Shown: positions 30,314-40,432 of the stretch, piece after piece
Layout: every line of letters begins with the position of its first letter
Position numbering within the stretch: position 1 is the first letter of the stretch
Assembly (NCBI GenBank): GCA_965279375.1
Contig: OZ257156.1
Span: forward strand, 288,001-352,000
Reading direction: 5' to 3'
Origin: Gemmatimonas sp.
Lineage (GTDB): Bacteria > Gemmatimonadota > Gemmatimonadetes > Gemmatimonadales > Gemmatimonadaceae
DNA length: 64,000 bases
Notes under the pieces: model-generated
What the model saw: the letters and a program-made list of their open reading frames with translations, nothing else
What the model was told of the DNA's origin: nothing
Database searches by the model: none
Position numbers and translations under genes: made by a program

Positions 30314-30424
30314 GCCTAACCTTGCGTTGCTGCTGACAGGGCGCTCAAAGATTGTGACCTTGTTCGCTGCGCTCACTGGCCACAACTCATGGACGGGCCC
30401 TGCGGCGGAACACAAGCGTTAGGC
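30314..30424 (+). mobile_element. Integron attC site 2
   Basis: GCCTAAC...GTTAGGC, 111 bp; arms homologous to attC1; shared core GCTGCGCTCACTGG. Confidence 0.85.
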
Positions 30425-30471
30425 TAACCCGAGCGGACGGGTGCGCATTGCGTGGCGCCTTCTGTTCGGAT

Positions 30472-30507
30472 CGCTCCCCGCGTTCCCCGCGTTCCCCGCG
30501 TTCCCCG
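30472..30507. repeat. 9-bp tandem repeat (CGTTCCCCG) x4
   Basis: cgctccccg cgttccccg cgttccccg cgttccccg. Confidence 0.85.
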
Positions 30508-30606
30508 AGTGTCGCCGTACCGCTGTCGTCAGTGATGTCCGTCGCAACCGTGCGCCGCTGAAGGACTACGCGGACGTTGCCATCACCCACAAGCGCACCG
30601 ACAAGC

Positions 30607-31344
30607 CTACGCAGTCACTCGCGGCAGTCCGCGCGCCCCTGACGGTCGCTCGCGCACCCCGTACCACAGCAGATACCCGATCATCCAGAACTCGCCGACC
30701 GAGGCCGGAATCGTGAGCGCATCAGCAACCGCTCCGATCCCCGGGACCGTCTGGCCGACGAATGCACTCAGCACGTATCCCACGCCGCCCACCACGAGCA
30801 GGTAGCCGAGTGTGCGCGGCATCCATCCGGAGCGGAGCACGAGCCAGCCCATCGGGACGAGCCAGAGTCCGAAGAAGATCGCGCCAACGCTCCAGAGCTT
30901 CCCGCTCACCACGTAGAGGAGCTGCACCGTGGCGGCCGCATCACCACCAGCCGCGAGCTTGACGTTGCCGACGACGGCGAGTGCGCTCGCTAGCAGAGCC
31001 GCGCTGCCCAGGATCGCGATCGCGTTGATGAGTCCGAAGGCCGCGAGTGTTCCGGCGGCGAAGTCGTCGACGCTGCGGAAGAGTTTGTAGAAGCACACGG
31101 CCGCCAGCGTCTGCGTGAGGACGATGCCCATCTCCATCCCGATGCCGACGCGAGCCAGCATCGTGTGCGTCGACAGGTTCGCGAGCGTGGCCGCAGCGTC
31201 AGCGTCGACGAAAAGCCGGGCGCGAATCAGGAGGAAGCCGAACATTCCCGTGACGGCGAGGCCGAGATAGAACAGTCCCGCGAGGCGCGCGGTGCGGCGG
31301 ATCGCCGCGATGGCGTCGCGCGGTGCGGGATCTGCGTGCGTCAT
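30607..31344 (-). CDS. DUF4386-family membrane protein
   Basis: ARLAGLFYL, DAAATLAN, IFFGLWL, SGWMPR.LG, GEFWMIGYLL. Confidence 0.85.
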   Translation of the reverse strand: MTHADPAPRDAIAAIRRTARLAGLFYLGLAVTGMFGFLLIRARLFVDADAAATLANLSTHTMLARVGIGMEMGIVLTQTLAAVCFYKLFRSVDDFAAGTLAAFGLINAIAILGSAALLASALAVVGNVKLAAGGDAAATVQLLYVVSGKLWSVGAIFFGLWLVPMGWLVLRSGWMPRTLGYLLVVGGVGYVLSAFVGQTVPGIGAVADALTIPASVGEFWMIGYLLWYGVRERPSGARGLPRVTA

Positions 31345-31515
31345 GCGACTGACACCATGCCGTTGTTGGACCGTCAGAGGAGCGAGCGATTGATGGCAAG
31401 GAGTACGGTGCGCCACGAAGCGTTGTTTCGCGATCGGCGCATGGTGCGGCCTCAAACAGAGCGCGCGCGACACACCGTCCGATGTCATTGGACTCTGACG
31501 TACGAACTCGGCGTG

Positions 31516-32028
31516 CTAACCCTGCAGTTCTGCAGCCAGCGTGTCGAGGCGTGCGTAACTCGTCTCCATGCCGTCAGTCATGCCGGTAGAGATTGCCGCG
31601 TCGCGCGCGTCCTTCGACGCGTACTCGATCAGCACGACCAGCGTGGTAACGCCGTTCTGCTCAGTGAAGGTGGTCCGGTTGATGGTCGGGCTGGTGGGCA
31701 TCTCACCGCCAAAGCTGCCGGGATCGAAGTATTCGGCACTGACGATGGTTGCGTGCTCCTCGATTTCTCGATAGTCGCCGTAGAAGCCGAAGTCCTTGCC
31801 GTCTTCCTCCTGGCGCCAGCGCCAGCGAAACCCGCCGCCGAGCCGCACATCCAACTCGCACACCGGCATCGACCAGCCAGGATAGCCCCCGATCCAGCGA
31901 CGAAAAAGCTGGGGATCGACGTGCGCCTGCCAGAGCAGCGTGCGAGGCGCTCTGAAGTCGCGGGTGACGCGTATCTCGGTGTCGCTCGGCAGCGATACCT
32001 GCGTGGTGCTGTTGAACGCAGTGCTCAT
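31516..32028 (-). CDS. SRPBCC/AHSA1-family protein
   Basis: VTRDFRAPR.L.W, CELDVRLGG.FRW, SKDARDA, GMETSYARLD. Confidence 0.9.
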   Translation of the reverse strand: MSTAFNSTTQVSLPSDTEIRVTRDFRAPRTLLWQAHVDPQLFRRWIGGYPGWSMPVCELDVRLGGGFRWRWRQEEDGKDFGFYGDYREIEEHATIVSAEYFDPGSFGGEMPTSPTINRTTFTEQNGVTTLVVLIEYASKDARDAAISTGMTDGMETSYARLDTLAAELQG

Positions 32029-32040
32029 CGGAGGTCTCCT

Positions 32041-32907
32041 CTAGAATTTGGCTTCAAGAAAGTCGTTCACCATCGGCACAATGACCGACATGCGATCCAT
32101 CAGTGTTACATGCGTAGCGTTGGGGACGATGGCCAATCGCGATGCGGGGCGCTGCCTGATGTCCCCGTGAACCTCGCCACCCTTCAAACGAAACATCTCG
32201 GCGATGTGCTGGATTCGAATGCCGTCAGCATCACCGTGGATGAAGAACATCGGCGCGCTCGTCGCCTTGAGCTGCGTTGCGCTCAGGTCGCCGTCCTTCG
32301 AAAAGCCGGCAACCATGCGGCTGACAAACTTCGGAAACTGATCGGGAGTCGGACTCAGTCGTTTGTACTCTGTCTCGATCGGAGAGCCTTTGAAGACGTC
32401 CGCTGTGATCTTCGTCAGAGCGTCGAGCCCTTCCGGGACCATGCCGTCTCGGCGGAACGTGGACGAGATGACGACGACCCGTCGCACTTGCTCTGGATGT
32501 CGAACGGCAACCTGCATGGCGACGCCGCCGCCCATACTGTATCCGATAAGGTCCGCGCGCGGGATCTTGAGATGCGTGAGCAAGGCCGCAACATCATCCG
32601 CGTGGTTTGCGTTGCTGAGCGCTCGTGGAATATCTGCCGTCCGCCCGTGACCCTGCATCTCGACGGCGATGACCTTGTGGGTCTTTGCGAACTCGCCGAT
32701 CCACCCGGTCCAGTTGCTGGTGATGTTCATGAACGCACCGTGCAGCAACACGACCGGTTGGCCGCGGCCGTGGACTTCGTAGTACATCCGCAGCCCGTTG
32801 ACTTGCGCATAGCCCGTCATCGGGCGCTGCTGCGCCGATAGGTTTGTCATCGGAATCGTCATCGCGAGGACCGCGGCGATTCGCATTGCAGAGCGCGTGC
32901 GTTTCAT
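32041..32907 (-). CDS. Alpha/beta hydrolase with signal peptide
   Basis: YYEVHG.G.PVVLLHG, QGHGRT, GYSMGG, HGDAD, PNATH. Confidence 0.9.
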   Translation of the reverse strand: MKRTRSAMRIAAVLAMTIPMTNLSAQQRPMTGYAQVNGLRMYYEVHGRGQPVVLLHGAFMNITSNWTGWIGEFAKTHKVIAVEMQGHGRTADIPRALSNANHADDVAALLTHLKIPRADLIGYSMGGGVAMQVAVRHPEQVRRVVVISSTFRRDGMVPEGLDALTKITADVFKGSPIETEYKRLSPTPDQFPKFVSRMVAGFSKDGDLSATQLKATSAPMFFIHGDADGIRIQHIAEMFRLKGGEVHGDIRQRPASRLAIVPNATHVTLMDRMSVIVPMVNDFLEAKF

Positions 32908-32911
32908 CGTC

Positions 32912-33277
32912 TCATGTTCTCTTGGTCGGTGGAGGCGCGTGTTGCTTCTGCTTCAACTCCTCGACGAGCTGCTCCAATGCGTTGAATCGTGCGTCCCACA
33001 TCTGGCGATATCGCTCGAGCCACGCCGCCGCGTCCTCCAAGCGCCGGGGACCGAGCTTGCAGGTCCGCACGCGACCGGCCTTTTCCGTCGTGACGAGCCC
33101 CGTCTGCTCCAACACTCCGATGTGCTTTTTCATTCCGGTGAGCGTCATTCGGAATGTCCCGGCCAGTTCGGTGATCGACGCGTCCTTCCGCCCGAGCTGC
33201 TCGAGAATGCCACGACGCGTGGCGTCAGAGAGCGCGGCGAACGAGGAATCGAGGTGCGCTTGCTGATAGTGAACCAT
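32912..33277 (-). CDS. ArsR/SmtB-family regulator
   Basis: [32 protein letters not shown]. Confidence 0.9.
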   Translation of the reverse strand: MVHYQQAHLDSSFAALSDATRRGILEQLGRKDASITELAGTFRMTLTGMKKHIGVLEQTGLVTTEKAGRVRTCKLGPRRLEDAAAWLERYRQMWDARFNALEQLVEELKQKQHAPPPTKRT

Positions 33278-33285
33278 ATGGTTCA
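33270..33285. promoter_or_regulatory. Perfect 16-bp palindrome, candidate ArsR operator
   Basis: TGAACCATATGGTTCA overlapping the arsR start codon. Confidence 0.75.
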
Positions 33286-33317
33286 GTTTAAGTGCAACTC
33301 GAATTGCGCGCAAGGGT

Positions 33318-33478
33318 CGATGCGCGAGGCGCTCATCTTCGATATCAATTCGATTCCGACCGCTGAGGTCATCGGCTTCGACTACCACAGTCCCGCGAGG
33401 ACGTCCTTTCAGTACAGCGTGACGGCAACCGGCGGAGATGGGTCGTCGTGCGGGACCGCCATCATCTGGACGAAGTAG
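33318..33478 (+). pseudogene. 3' fragment resembling a TonB-plug-like C-terminal domain
   Basis: FDINSIPTAEVIGFDYHSP...QYS...SSCGTAIIWTK* with no plausible N-terminal part. Confidence 0.55.
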
Positions 33479-33539
33479 GACCGCAACACGACGCAGGCGT
33501 TTGCCAGCCACTCCACCCTGCACCTCCGATGAACACCCG

Positions 33540-34049
33540 ATGAACTTGCTGATCCGCGCTCTCCTCCTGCTGTCCTTCGCGAGTCCGCTCGCAGCGCAGT
33601 CGCTCCCACGCGACTCGGTGCTGTCTCGGTTGGCCGGCCGCTGGGTGCTGCGAGGCACGATCGCGAGCCAACCGACCGTCCACGATGTCACGTTCAGTTG
33701 GATGCTCAACCGCGGGTATCTGCAGATGCACGAGGTCTCGCGCGAGCGAACGTCCGCGGGCACGCCAGAGTACGAGGCGGTGGTTCTCTTCACTCGCGAC
33801 CCGAAGTCCGGGGAGTATGCCTGTCTGTGGCTGGACAACACCGGAGTGAGCGCCTTCGAGGATGCCGGGATCGGCCGCGGTTCGGTGGCCGGCGATTCCG
33901 TTTCCTTTCTGTTCCGCTACACGCCCACGACGCGGTTTCATAACACGTTTGTGTACGACGGCCGGCGCGATCAGTGGCAGTGGCACATGGACAACGACAG
34001 CATCGGCGTTCGGCGGCCGTTTGCGCGCGTGACGTTGACGCGGCGATAG
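33540..34049 (+). CDS. Secreted hypothetical protein (DUF1579-like beta-barrel)
   Basis: Signal peptide; LAGRWVLRG, WLDNTG, FARVTLTR. Confidence 0.7.
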   Translation: MNLLIRALLLLSFASPLAAQSLPRDSVLSRLAGRWVLRGTIASQPTVHDVTFSWMLNRGYLQMHEVSRERTSAGTPEYEAVVLFTRDPKSGEYACLWLDNTGVSAFEDAGIGRGSVAGDSVSFLFRYTPTTRFHNTFVYDGRRDQWQWHMDNDSIGVRRPFARVTLTRR

Positions 34050-34100
34050 CGTCTGCGCTCCACCCAATCGCTCCCCTCACCTCAGCCTGCACGCGACGCC

Positions 34101-34661
34101 ATGGGACTCCTGACCTTCAGCCTGAACGTCACGCTCGACGGTTGCATCGACCACCGCGAGGGGATCGCCGACGACGAGACACATGCGCACTTCACCCGTC
34201 TGATGGACGACGGCGGGGCCATGCTGTGGGGCCGCGTCACCTACGAGATGATGGAGAGCTACTGGCCGGCGGTCGCTCGCGGTGACGAGGCCGCACCACC
34301 AGCGATACGCGAGTGGGCAGTGAAGCTGGAGACCAAGCCGAAGTACATCGTGTCGTCGACGCGAACGAACTTCCTCTGGACCAACAGCCACCACATCGCG
34401 GGCGACCTGCGTACGGGTGTGCAGGCGCTCAAGGACGCGACGCCGTCGGGCGTGCTGCTCGGCAGCGGCACGCTCGCGACCGAGTTGGAGCGACTGGATC
34501 TGATCGACGAATACAAGTTCCTCGTTCAGCCGAGGATCGCCGGCCACGGCCCCTATCTGCACCAATATGGGTTACACGGCACGCGACGACTCGAACTTGT
34601 GTCGTCGACGCCACTCCGGTGCGGTGCGGTCGCCGTGCACTACCGACGCGCGCGCGACTAA
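34101..34661 (+). CDS. Dihydrofolate reductase/RibD C-terminal-family protein
   Basis: NVTLDG, WGRVTYEMM, PKYIVSST, GSGTL, DLIDEY, P.IAGHG. Confidence 0.9.
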   Translation: MGLLTFSLNVTLDGCIDHREGIADDETHAHFTRLMDDGGAMLWGRVTYEMMESYWPAVARGDEAAPPAIREWAVKLETKPKYIVSSTRTNFLWTNSHHIAGDLRTGVQALKDATPSGVLLGSGTLATELERLDLIDEYKFLVQPRIAGHGPYLHQYGLHGTRRLELVSSTPLRCGAVAVHYRRARD

Positions 34662-34854
34662 CCACCGGTGACAGCGGACGGACGCGGAGGTGATCCGCGA
34701 TACGGCCCGCCGACCCTCACTCAGCACCCGGACCGCCGAGCGGATTTCTCGTTTGTTGGCAACCCGCTGACGGACCGACGGTACTGATCAGGCGAGGTCG
34801 TTCGAGCAACGAGCGACAGCCCGTGACCATGTGCCTGGAGACGCGAGCGCGGCG

Positions 34855-36279
34855 ATGTTGATTCCTGATCTGATCCTGTTCGCGGTCGTGCTGATTCTGG
34901 CCGTTTGGCGACTGTCTGCGCCGAGCTGGCGACCGAGGCTGCGCGTCATTGCCGTCGCGTTTGGCTTTCTGCTCGCGGCCGCGCACTGGGCGCTCTGTGG
35001 CTTCACTTGGCAGGAGCTGCCGGCCTATCTGATGCTGGCGCTGAGCGCACTGCCGCCGTCGCGCACAGGATCGGCACGTCCCTGGATCGGCCGACTCGCT
35101 CTTGCAGCTGTTGCGGCCGCGACCATCGGTGTCTGGATGCTACCCGCCGTGCCTGCGCTGCCGCTACCCGACGGCCGCCACGCCGTCGCGACCGACGTCT
35201 ACCGCTGGACCGACGCCGCACGTGACGAGCCGCATACGCCGGACCTAACCGACCGTCGCAGCGTGATCGCGCAGGCCTGGTATCCGACGACGAGCCGCGA
35301 ACAGCCGAGCGGCGTCGCACGCGTCGCTTACATGGATGGGATTGGGCACCTGCCCGACAAGGTGAGCGGCTTGCCAAGCTTCTTCATGCGCCGATATGGC
35401 CAAATCGACACGCATGCGGAGCGCATGGCGCCACTCGCACCCAGCGATCGCCCGTGGCCGGTGGTGATCATGTTGCCTGGCTATGGTGCTCCTCGCGCGG
35501 TCTATACCGGGCTGGCCACTCGTCTCGCCAGCCGCGGCTTCGTCGTGTTCGTGCTGGACCACCCCTACGAATCCGCAGTGACCCAGCTGCCGAACGGACA
35601 GGTGGTGGGAACCCAGGAGATCCTCCTGCCAGGCGAACGGGACCGCATCGGCTACATGGCTCGTCAGCAAGCCGTGCGGGTCGCCGACGTTCGTTTCGTC
35701 ATCGATCAGCTCGTCCGCGCAGCAGCACTCTCACCTTCGATGCGTGGCGGCAGGATCGACGTGTCGAAGGTCGCGGTGATCGGTCACTCGTTTGGCGGCG
35801 CGGCCGCGAGCGCGGTGTTGAGCGAAGACTCGCGCGTCGTGGCCGCGGCCAACATCGACGGCACGCCGTATGGCGAACTTCCTGATCGTCAGCTGACAAA
35901 ACCGTTCCTGCTGCTGCAGAGCGACTCCGCCGAGACGCACCATGGCGTGCTCTTCGTGAACGGCAATGGCAGGCTGCTCGCTCACATGACCGCGCCCGGA
36001 TTCCACTATGAGCTCAAGCGCGCCAACCACTACAGCTTCACCGACGCACCGTTCTTCTTCGCGCCGCCGGGCCGGTTTCTGCTGGCGCAGTTGATGGGCG
36101 GCGGACGCGGTCCGGCGGAAACACAGCAGGCAACGGCCGACCTGCTGGCGGCTTTCCTCAGCGGTCCGCTCACCGGCGCGGCAAGGGATCTGGCCGCGAC
36201 GGCGGCGCGTTATGCGGGAGTACTGGGTGGCGAGGTGGTGCATACGCGCGATGGGATGGCGTCGACGAGGAGTCGCTGA
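34855..36279 (+). CDS. Membrane-anchored alpha/beta hydrolase (PAF-acetylhydrolase-like)
   Basis: N-terminal TMs; AWYP, LASRGFVV..LDHPY, GHSFGG, NIDG, HYSFTD. Confidence 0.88.
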   Translation: MLIPDLILFAVVLILAVWRLSAPSWRPRLRVIAVAFGFLLAAAHWALCGFTWQELPAYLMLALSALPPSRTGSARPWIGRLALAAVAAATIGVWMLPAVPALPLPDGRHAVATDVYRWTDAARDEPHTPDLTDRRSVIAQAWYPTTSREQPSGVARVAYMDGIGHLPDKVSGLPSFFMRRYGQIDTHAERMAPLAPSDRPWPVVIMLPGYGAPRAVYTGLATRLASRGFVVFVLDHPYESAVTQLPNGQVVGTQEILLPGERDRIGYMARQQAVRVADVRFVIDQLVRAAALSPSMRGGRIDVSKVAVIGHSFGGAAASAVLSEDSRVVAAANIDGTPYGELPDRQLTKPFLLLQSDSAETHHGVLFVNGNGRLLAHMTAPGFHYELKRANHYSFTDAPFFFAPPGRFLLAQLMGGGRGPAETQQATADLLAAFLSGPLTGAARDLAATAARYAGVLGGEVVHTRDGMASTRSR

Positions 36280-36560
36280 CACAAGCGACGCGCCCGACGC
36301 GACGCCGACACGGTCGAGAACGTCAGGATTCTTTCCGTCGCGGTCTGCGTCACAATTCTCGAGACTGTCAGATGCTCCGTGTACTGTCCCCTCGTCGGCC
36401 CGGACCATATTCTGCACAGAGGTCCGAACGCATGACCGCTCCTGCTCGACGAATGCGCGTCGTGTCCAGGCCGTCATCGAGGTCGGTTCAAGTCACGCAA
36501 CTCCGGCCTCCACGCTTCCATGCCGCCACGGACCACGGGAATGCTCATGCGCGCCCGCGA

Positions 36561-38354
36561 ATGAAGCGCGTCCTACCTCGCGGTGACGTGCTGGTGGCGC
36601 TCCTGATGGTGGTGGTGCACGCGATCCTCAGCTTGGGATACACGGGCACCTTTTGGGGCGACTTTGGGCGCTGGTCGTACGAGGTGCAACGCTTCGCGTC
36701 CGGCGGGCTTCCGTACCGCGATTTCCAATGGCACTTCCCTCCGCTGGCGATCTGGCTGTTCGGAGGCGCCGCGCGAATCATTGGCACCAGTCTGTCCTCG
36801 CTCGCGCTTATTTCGTCGACCGTGATGGTTGTCCTGAGTGTCTGCTACGCGAAAGTCGCGCGGCGCGCACTGGGCCGAGTCGACGCGCCGCTCGTGGCAG
36901 TCTGCCTGCTGCTCGGGTTTGCCTACTCGCAGCCGATTGGAGGACCGATCACGTTGGGCGGATACACGCCGGCCACGCCGGTCGGTGCGCTATGTGTGTT
37001 CGCTGCGATGTGGTGCAGTGGAATCTCCCTGGATGCAGACGACGCGCGCGGCTTCTCCTGGCATGCGACAATGGCTGGGACGTTCGCTGCACTCGCTGTG
37101 CTCTCGAAGCAGGACTTCTGGATTCCGGCTGCGTATCTCGTGCTGGTGACGACAATACGCACCCGCCGCGTCGAGACGACGGTCGCGGCGGCGCTCGTTG
37201 CTGTTGCCGGCATCAGCGTGATCGCCGCGACCGCTGGTCCACAGGTGCTCCTACCGCTGGCTGGTGGCTTCGGTCACGTGTCCGTGACGGGCGGTTCTGG
37301 ATTTCCATCTTGGTAGCGAATCACCGTCGACCTCTTTGTCCTGTCAGTGCTGAGCGGTGGGTGCCTGCTGCTGGCCGATCTCGCGCGCGAGCGCGCGAGG
37401 CCGATGCCCGTCATGGCACTCTTCAGCGTGGCGGCGACCCTCGGCGCGCTTCACGTCTACCAATCCATGCACGTCGGGGTGCCCGTCAACGGGCAGCCTC
37501 CGACGCCGACGCAGGATGAGCTCGCGTATCACATGAACGCCGGACACGCACTGCTCCGACCGTCGATCGGGTGGCTGCGTGAGCGATTTGTGCAGTCGGC
37601 GATCCCGGTGTCGTTGGCGCCACTTGTGTTGTTGCTCGTCGGAGTGCGCTGGAAGCGATTGGACGACGAGCGGCGGATGTCACTGGCTCTGTTGCTCGGG
37701 CTCGCGATCACTCTGCGCATGCGACGCGCGTTCGGTGGCTCCGAATGGTTCGAGTTTCTTTTCACGCTGCCCGTGGTAATCGCAGCGGTCGAACTGCTGC
37801 TCAATCTGACTCCCGACGCACTGCGGCGATTCCGTCTGGGCACGACCGCACTGCTCGCAGTCGGCGCAGTGTTCACCTACGTGACCCTCGTCCGGGGGCC
37901 GGGAACGTTACGGGTCTATCCTGCCGCCACGACCACGCGAGGTACGGTGCATTGGGCAGCGGGCAAGTTGAAGGACTATCGCCGACTGCTCGCCGAGCTC
38001 GACTCGATCGATCCTTCGAGATCCCGCCCGTTGGTCGCATTTGGATACAGCGGAGGGTTCAACTACTTCATGGCGCGTGAGAATCCGTTTCCGATGACGC
38101 AGGATTTCTTCTTCTCTGCGTTCAACGCGGACTCGGTCCTGCGACAGCGTCCACCGCGGCTGCTGCTGATCGACCACCCGTTTCTCGAAGACGAGTCGTG
38201 GGGAACGGCAGTCTTCGAATGGCGACAGTGGGAGCAGTCTCGGGTGCGCGGCCCGTATCGCTGGTACGATCGGCCGCGATTCAATCGATTGCGCGAGGGA
38301 TGCGCGGCCGTGCTGCCGTCACCCACCGTATTTACGGTCTACGACTGTCCCTGA
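36561..38354 (+). pseudogene. Multi-TM GT-C-like (ArnT/PMT-like) protein interrupted by an in-frame TAG at 37314-37316
   Basis: ORFs 36372-37316 and 37347-38354 share a frame; WGD.G, LPYRDF.W.FPP, KQD motifs. Confidence 0.7.
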
Positions 38355-38448
38355 AGAACCAGCTGAAAAGTCATTCGATGTTTGACGAGACAGTTTCACG
38401 TGTGATCGGGCGACGTGAGCGTCCACTACGTGCTGTTGCTCACAATGC

Positions 38449-39267
38449 ATGCGCCTTGGAGAGAGATACGTTTCGATGATGCACGCTCATGACCTCAATG
38501 CAACTGCGCCCCGACAGTCCGCGCGACCGATTCCCCACATGCGCGGACGCACGGAGTTGCGGCAGGAAGATCTCCGTTTGTCTGTGCTGATTCCGGTGTA
38601 CAATGAACGCAGTACCATCGAGTTCATCGTCGATCAGGTGCGGTTGGTGCCTGTCAGCACTGAGATTATCTGCGTGAACGATTGCTCCACCGATGGCACG
38701 CGGGAGATTCTGGATCGGCTCCTCGCCGAAGGACGTATTGACCAATTGGTTCACAAGGAGGTCAACGCGGGGAAAGGGTCGGCGATCCGCACAGCCATTG
38801 GGCTCAGTACGGGGAACGTCGTGATCGTACAGGATGCAGATCTCGAATACGACCCGGCCGACTGGCCGCAACTCCTCGAACCCATCATCCAGGGCAAGGC
38901 CGATGCGGTCTTCGGTTCCCGATTCCTCGGCGGCTCGCACCGCGTGCTGTACTTCTGGCATTCCGTCGGGAACAAGCTGCTCACGCTTCTGAGCAACATG
39001 TTCACGAACCTGAACCTGACTGACATGGAAACGTGCTACAAGGCAATCACGGGCGACCTCGCCCGAAGCCTTGTGCTGACCTCCGACCGCTTCGGCTTTG
39101 AACCGGAAGTCACAGCGCGGCTCGCGCAGGCCGACGCGCGCATCTTCGAAGTGCCGATCAGCTACTCGGGGCGCACATATGCTGAGGGGAAGAAGATCGG
39201 CTGGCGCGACGGGGCCGCGGCGCTCTGGCACATTGCGCGCTTCAATCTGTTTCCGGCGACCCGATAG
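38449..39267 (+). CDS. GT2 glycosyltransferase (polyprenol-phosphate sugar synthase-like)
   Basis: IPVYNE, NDCSTDGT, NAGKG, QDADLEYDP, GSRF, TDMETCYK, FGFEPE; true start probably later (~38539). Confidence 0.92.
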   Translation: MRLGERYVSMMHAHDLNATAPRQSARPIPHMRGRTELRQEDLRLSVLIPVYNERSTIEFIVDQVRLVPVSTEIICVNDCSTDGTREILDRLLAEGRIDQLVHKEVNAGKGSAIRTAIGLSTGNVVIVQDADLEYDPADWPQLLEPIIQGKADAVFGSRFLGGSHRVLYFWHSVGNKLLTLLSNMFTNLNLTDMETCYKAITGDLARSLVLTSDRFGFEPEVTARLAQADARIFEVPISYSGRTYAEGKKIGWRDGAAALWHIARFNLFPATR

Positions 39268-39268
39268 G

Positions 39269-40339
39269 CTACGAGGCGTCCCACAACACCGACCGATCGA
39301 TCGACGCCAGCGACGCGCGTCCGCACAGCTTCATCGCCAACTCCAACTCCACGCGCAACAGCTCGAGCACACGCGACACACCTGCCGCACCACCAACCGA
39401 CAGGCCATAGCAATACGGCCGCCCGATCATCACCGCACTCGCGCCCAACGCGATCGCCTTGATGATATCGGTGCCGCGGCGCACGCCGCCGTCGATGAGC
39501 ACGGGCACGCGCCCCGCCACGCGCTCCGTGATGTGCGGCAACGCATCGATGGTGGCCGGCACCGTGTCGAGATTGCGTGCGCCGTGATTGGACACGATGA
39601 TGCCATCGGCGCCCGCCTGAATCGCACGTTCCGCGTCATCGTGATCGAGAATGCCCTTGAGCAGCACCGGCACACGTGCAATGGAGCGCAGCCACTCGAT
39701 GTCTCGCCACGTTATACTGATGCGATCAGGCGTGAGCACACCGCGTCGATGTGTGGATACATCATACAAGTGCGGCGTGTTGATCCCGGCTGGCAATGCA
39801 AACTTCGCCTTGAGCATGCGGTCGCGCGTGCCGAGCGTTGGCGTGTCCACCGTGACGCAGAGCGCGCGACAGCCGGCCTCCTGCACGTGCTGCACGAGAT
39901 CCTGCGTAAACGCGCGATCGGACTGTACATAGAGCTGAAACCAGAGCGGCGACGTTGTCGCTGCCGCAATCTCGGTGAACGCACTCGTCGCCGCGGTACT
40001 CACGATCATCGTGGCGCCCATGGCACTGGCGCCCGCAGCCGTGGCCACCTCGCCTTCCGGATGCATCGTGCGCTGATACGCAGTCGGCGCGAGCACGATC
40101 GGGAACGGCATCGTCTGCCCGAAGAGCGTCGTCTGCATGTCGATGTCGGCGACATCCACGAGAATGCGCGGGCGAAGCCGCAGCTTTGCAAACGAGTCGC
40201 GATTCCAGCGCAGCGAGTGCTCGTCGGCGCCGCCGGCCGAGACGTACTCATAGGCCATGTGCGACATGGCAGTGCGTGCGAGCTGTTCGAACTCGTCGAG
40301 GCTGACGATGTCGGCGAGATCGGGAAGCGGTGCGGTCAT
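39269..40339 (-). CDS. FMN-dependent alpha-hydroxy acid oxidase
   Basis: LRPRILVDV, APTA, WFQLY, TVDTP, LKGI, SNHGARNLD, DGGVRRGTD. Confidence 0.93.
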   Translation of the reverse strand: MTAPLPDLADIVSLDEFEQLARTAMSHMAYEYVSAGGADEHSLRWNRDSFAKLRLRPRILVDVADIDMQTTLFGQTMPFPIVLAPTAYQRTMHPEGEVATAAGASAMGATMIVSTAATSAFTEIAAATTSPLWFQLYVQSDRAFTQDLVQHVQEAGCRALCVTVDTPTLGTRDRMLKAKFALPAGINTPHLYDVSTHRRGVLTPDRISITWRDIEWLRSIARVPVLLKGILDHDDAERAIQAGADGIIVSNHGARNLDTVPATIDALPHITERVAGRVPVLIDGGVRRGTDIIKAIALGASAVMIGRPYCYGLSVGGAAGVSRVLELLRVELELAMKLCGRASLASIDRSVLWDAS

Positions 40340-40432
40340 GTGCGAGAGAGAAGTTGGTGAGGCGATGCTCGCATAACTTGCAGCATCCATCGGCACTTCG
40401 CTCACGCGGGACGGCGCGGCCCGCGGGTGGTG

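Noticed and set aside
30472..30507. GTTCCCCGCG repeats resembling the start of a type I-E CRISPR repeat
   Set aside because: Contiguous 9-bp units with no spacers and no cas genes; simple tandem repeat
37314..37316. Genome-wide TAG recoding
   Set aside because: Many intact genes here end in TAG at their expected C-termini
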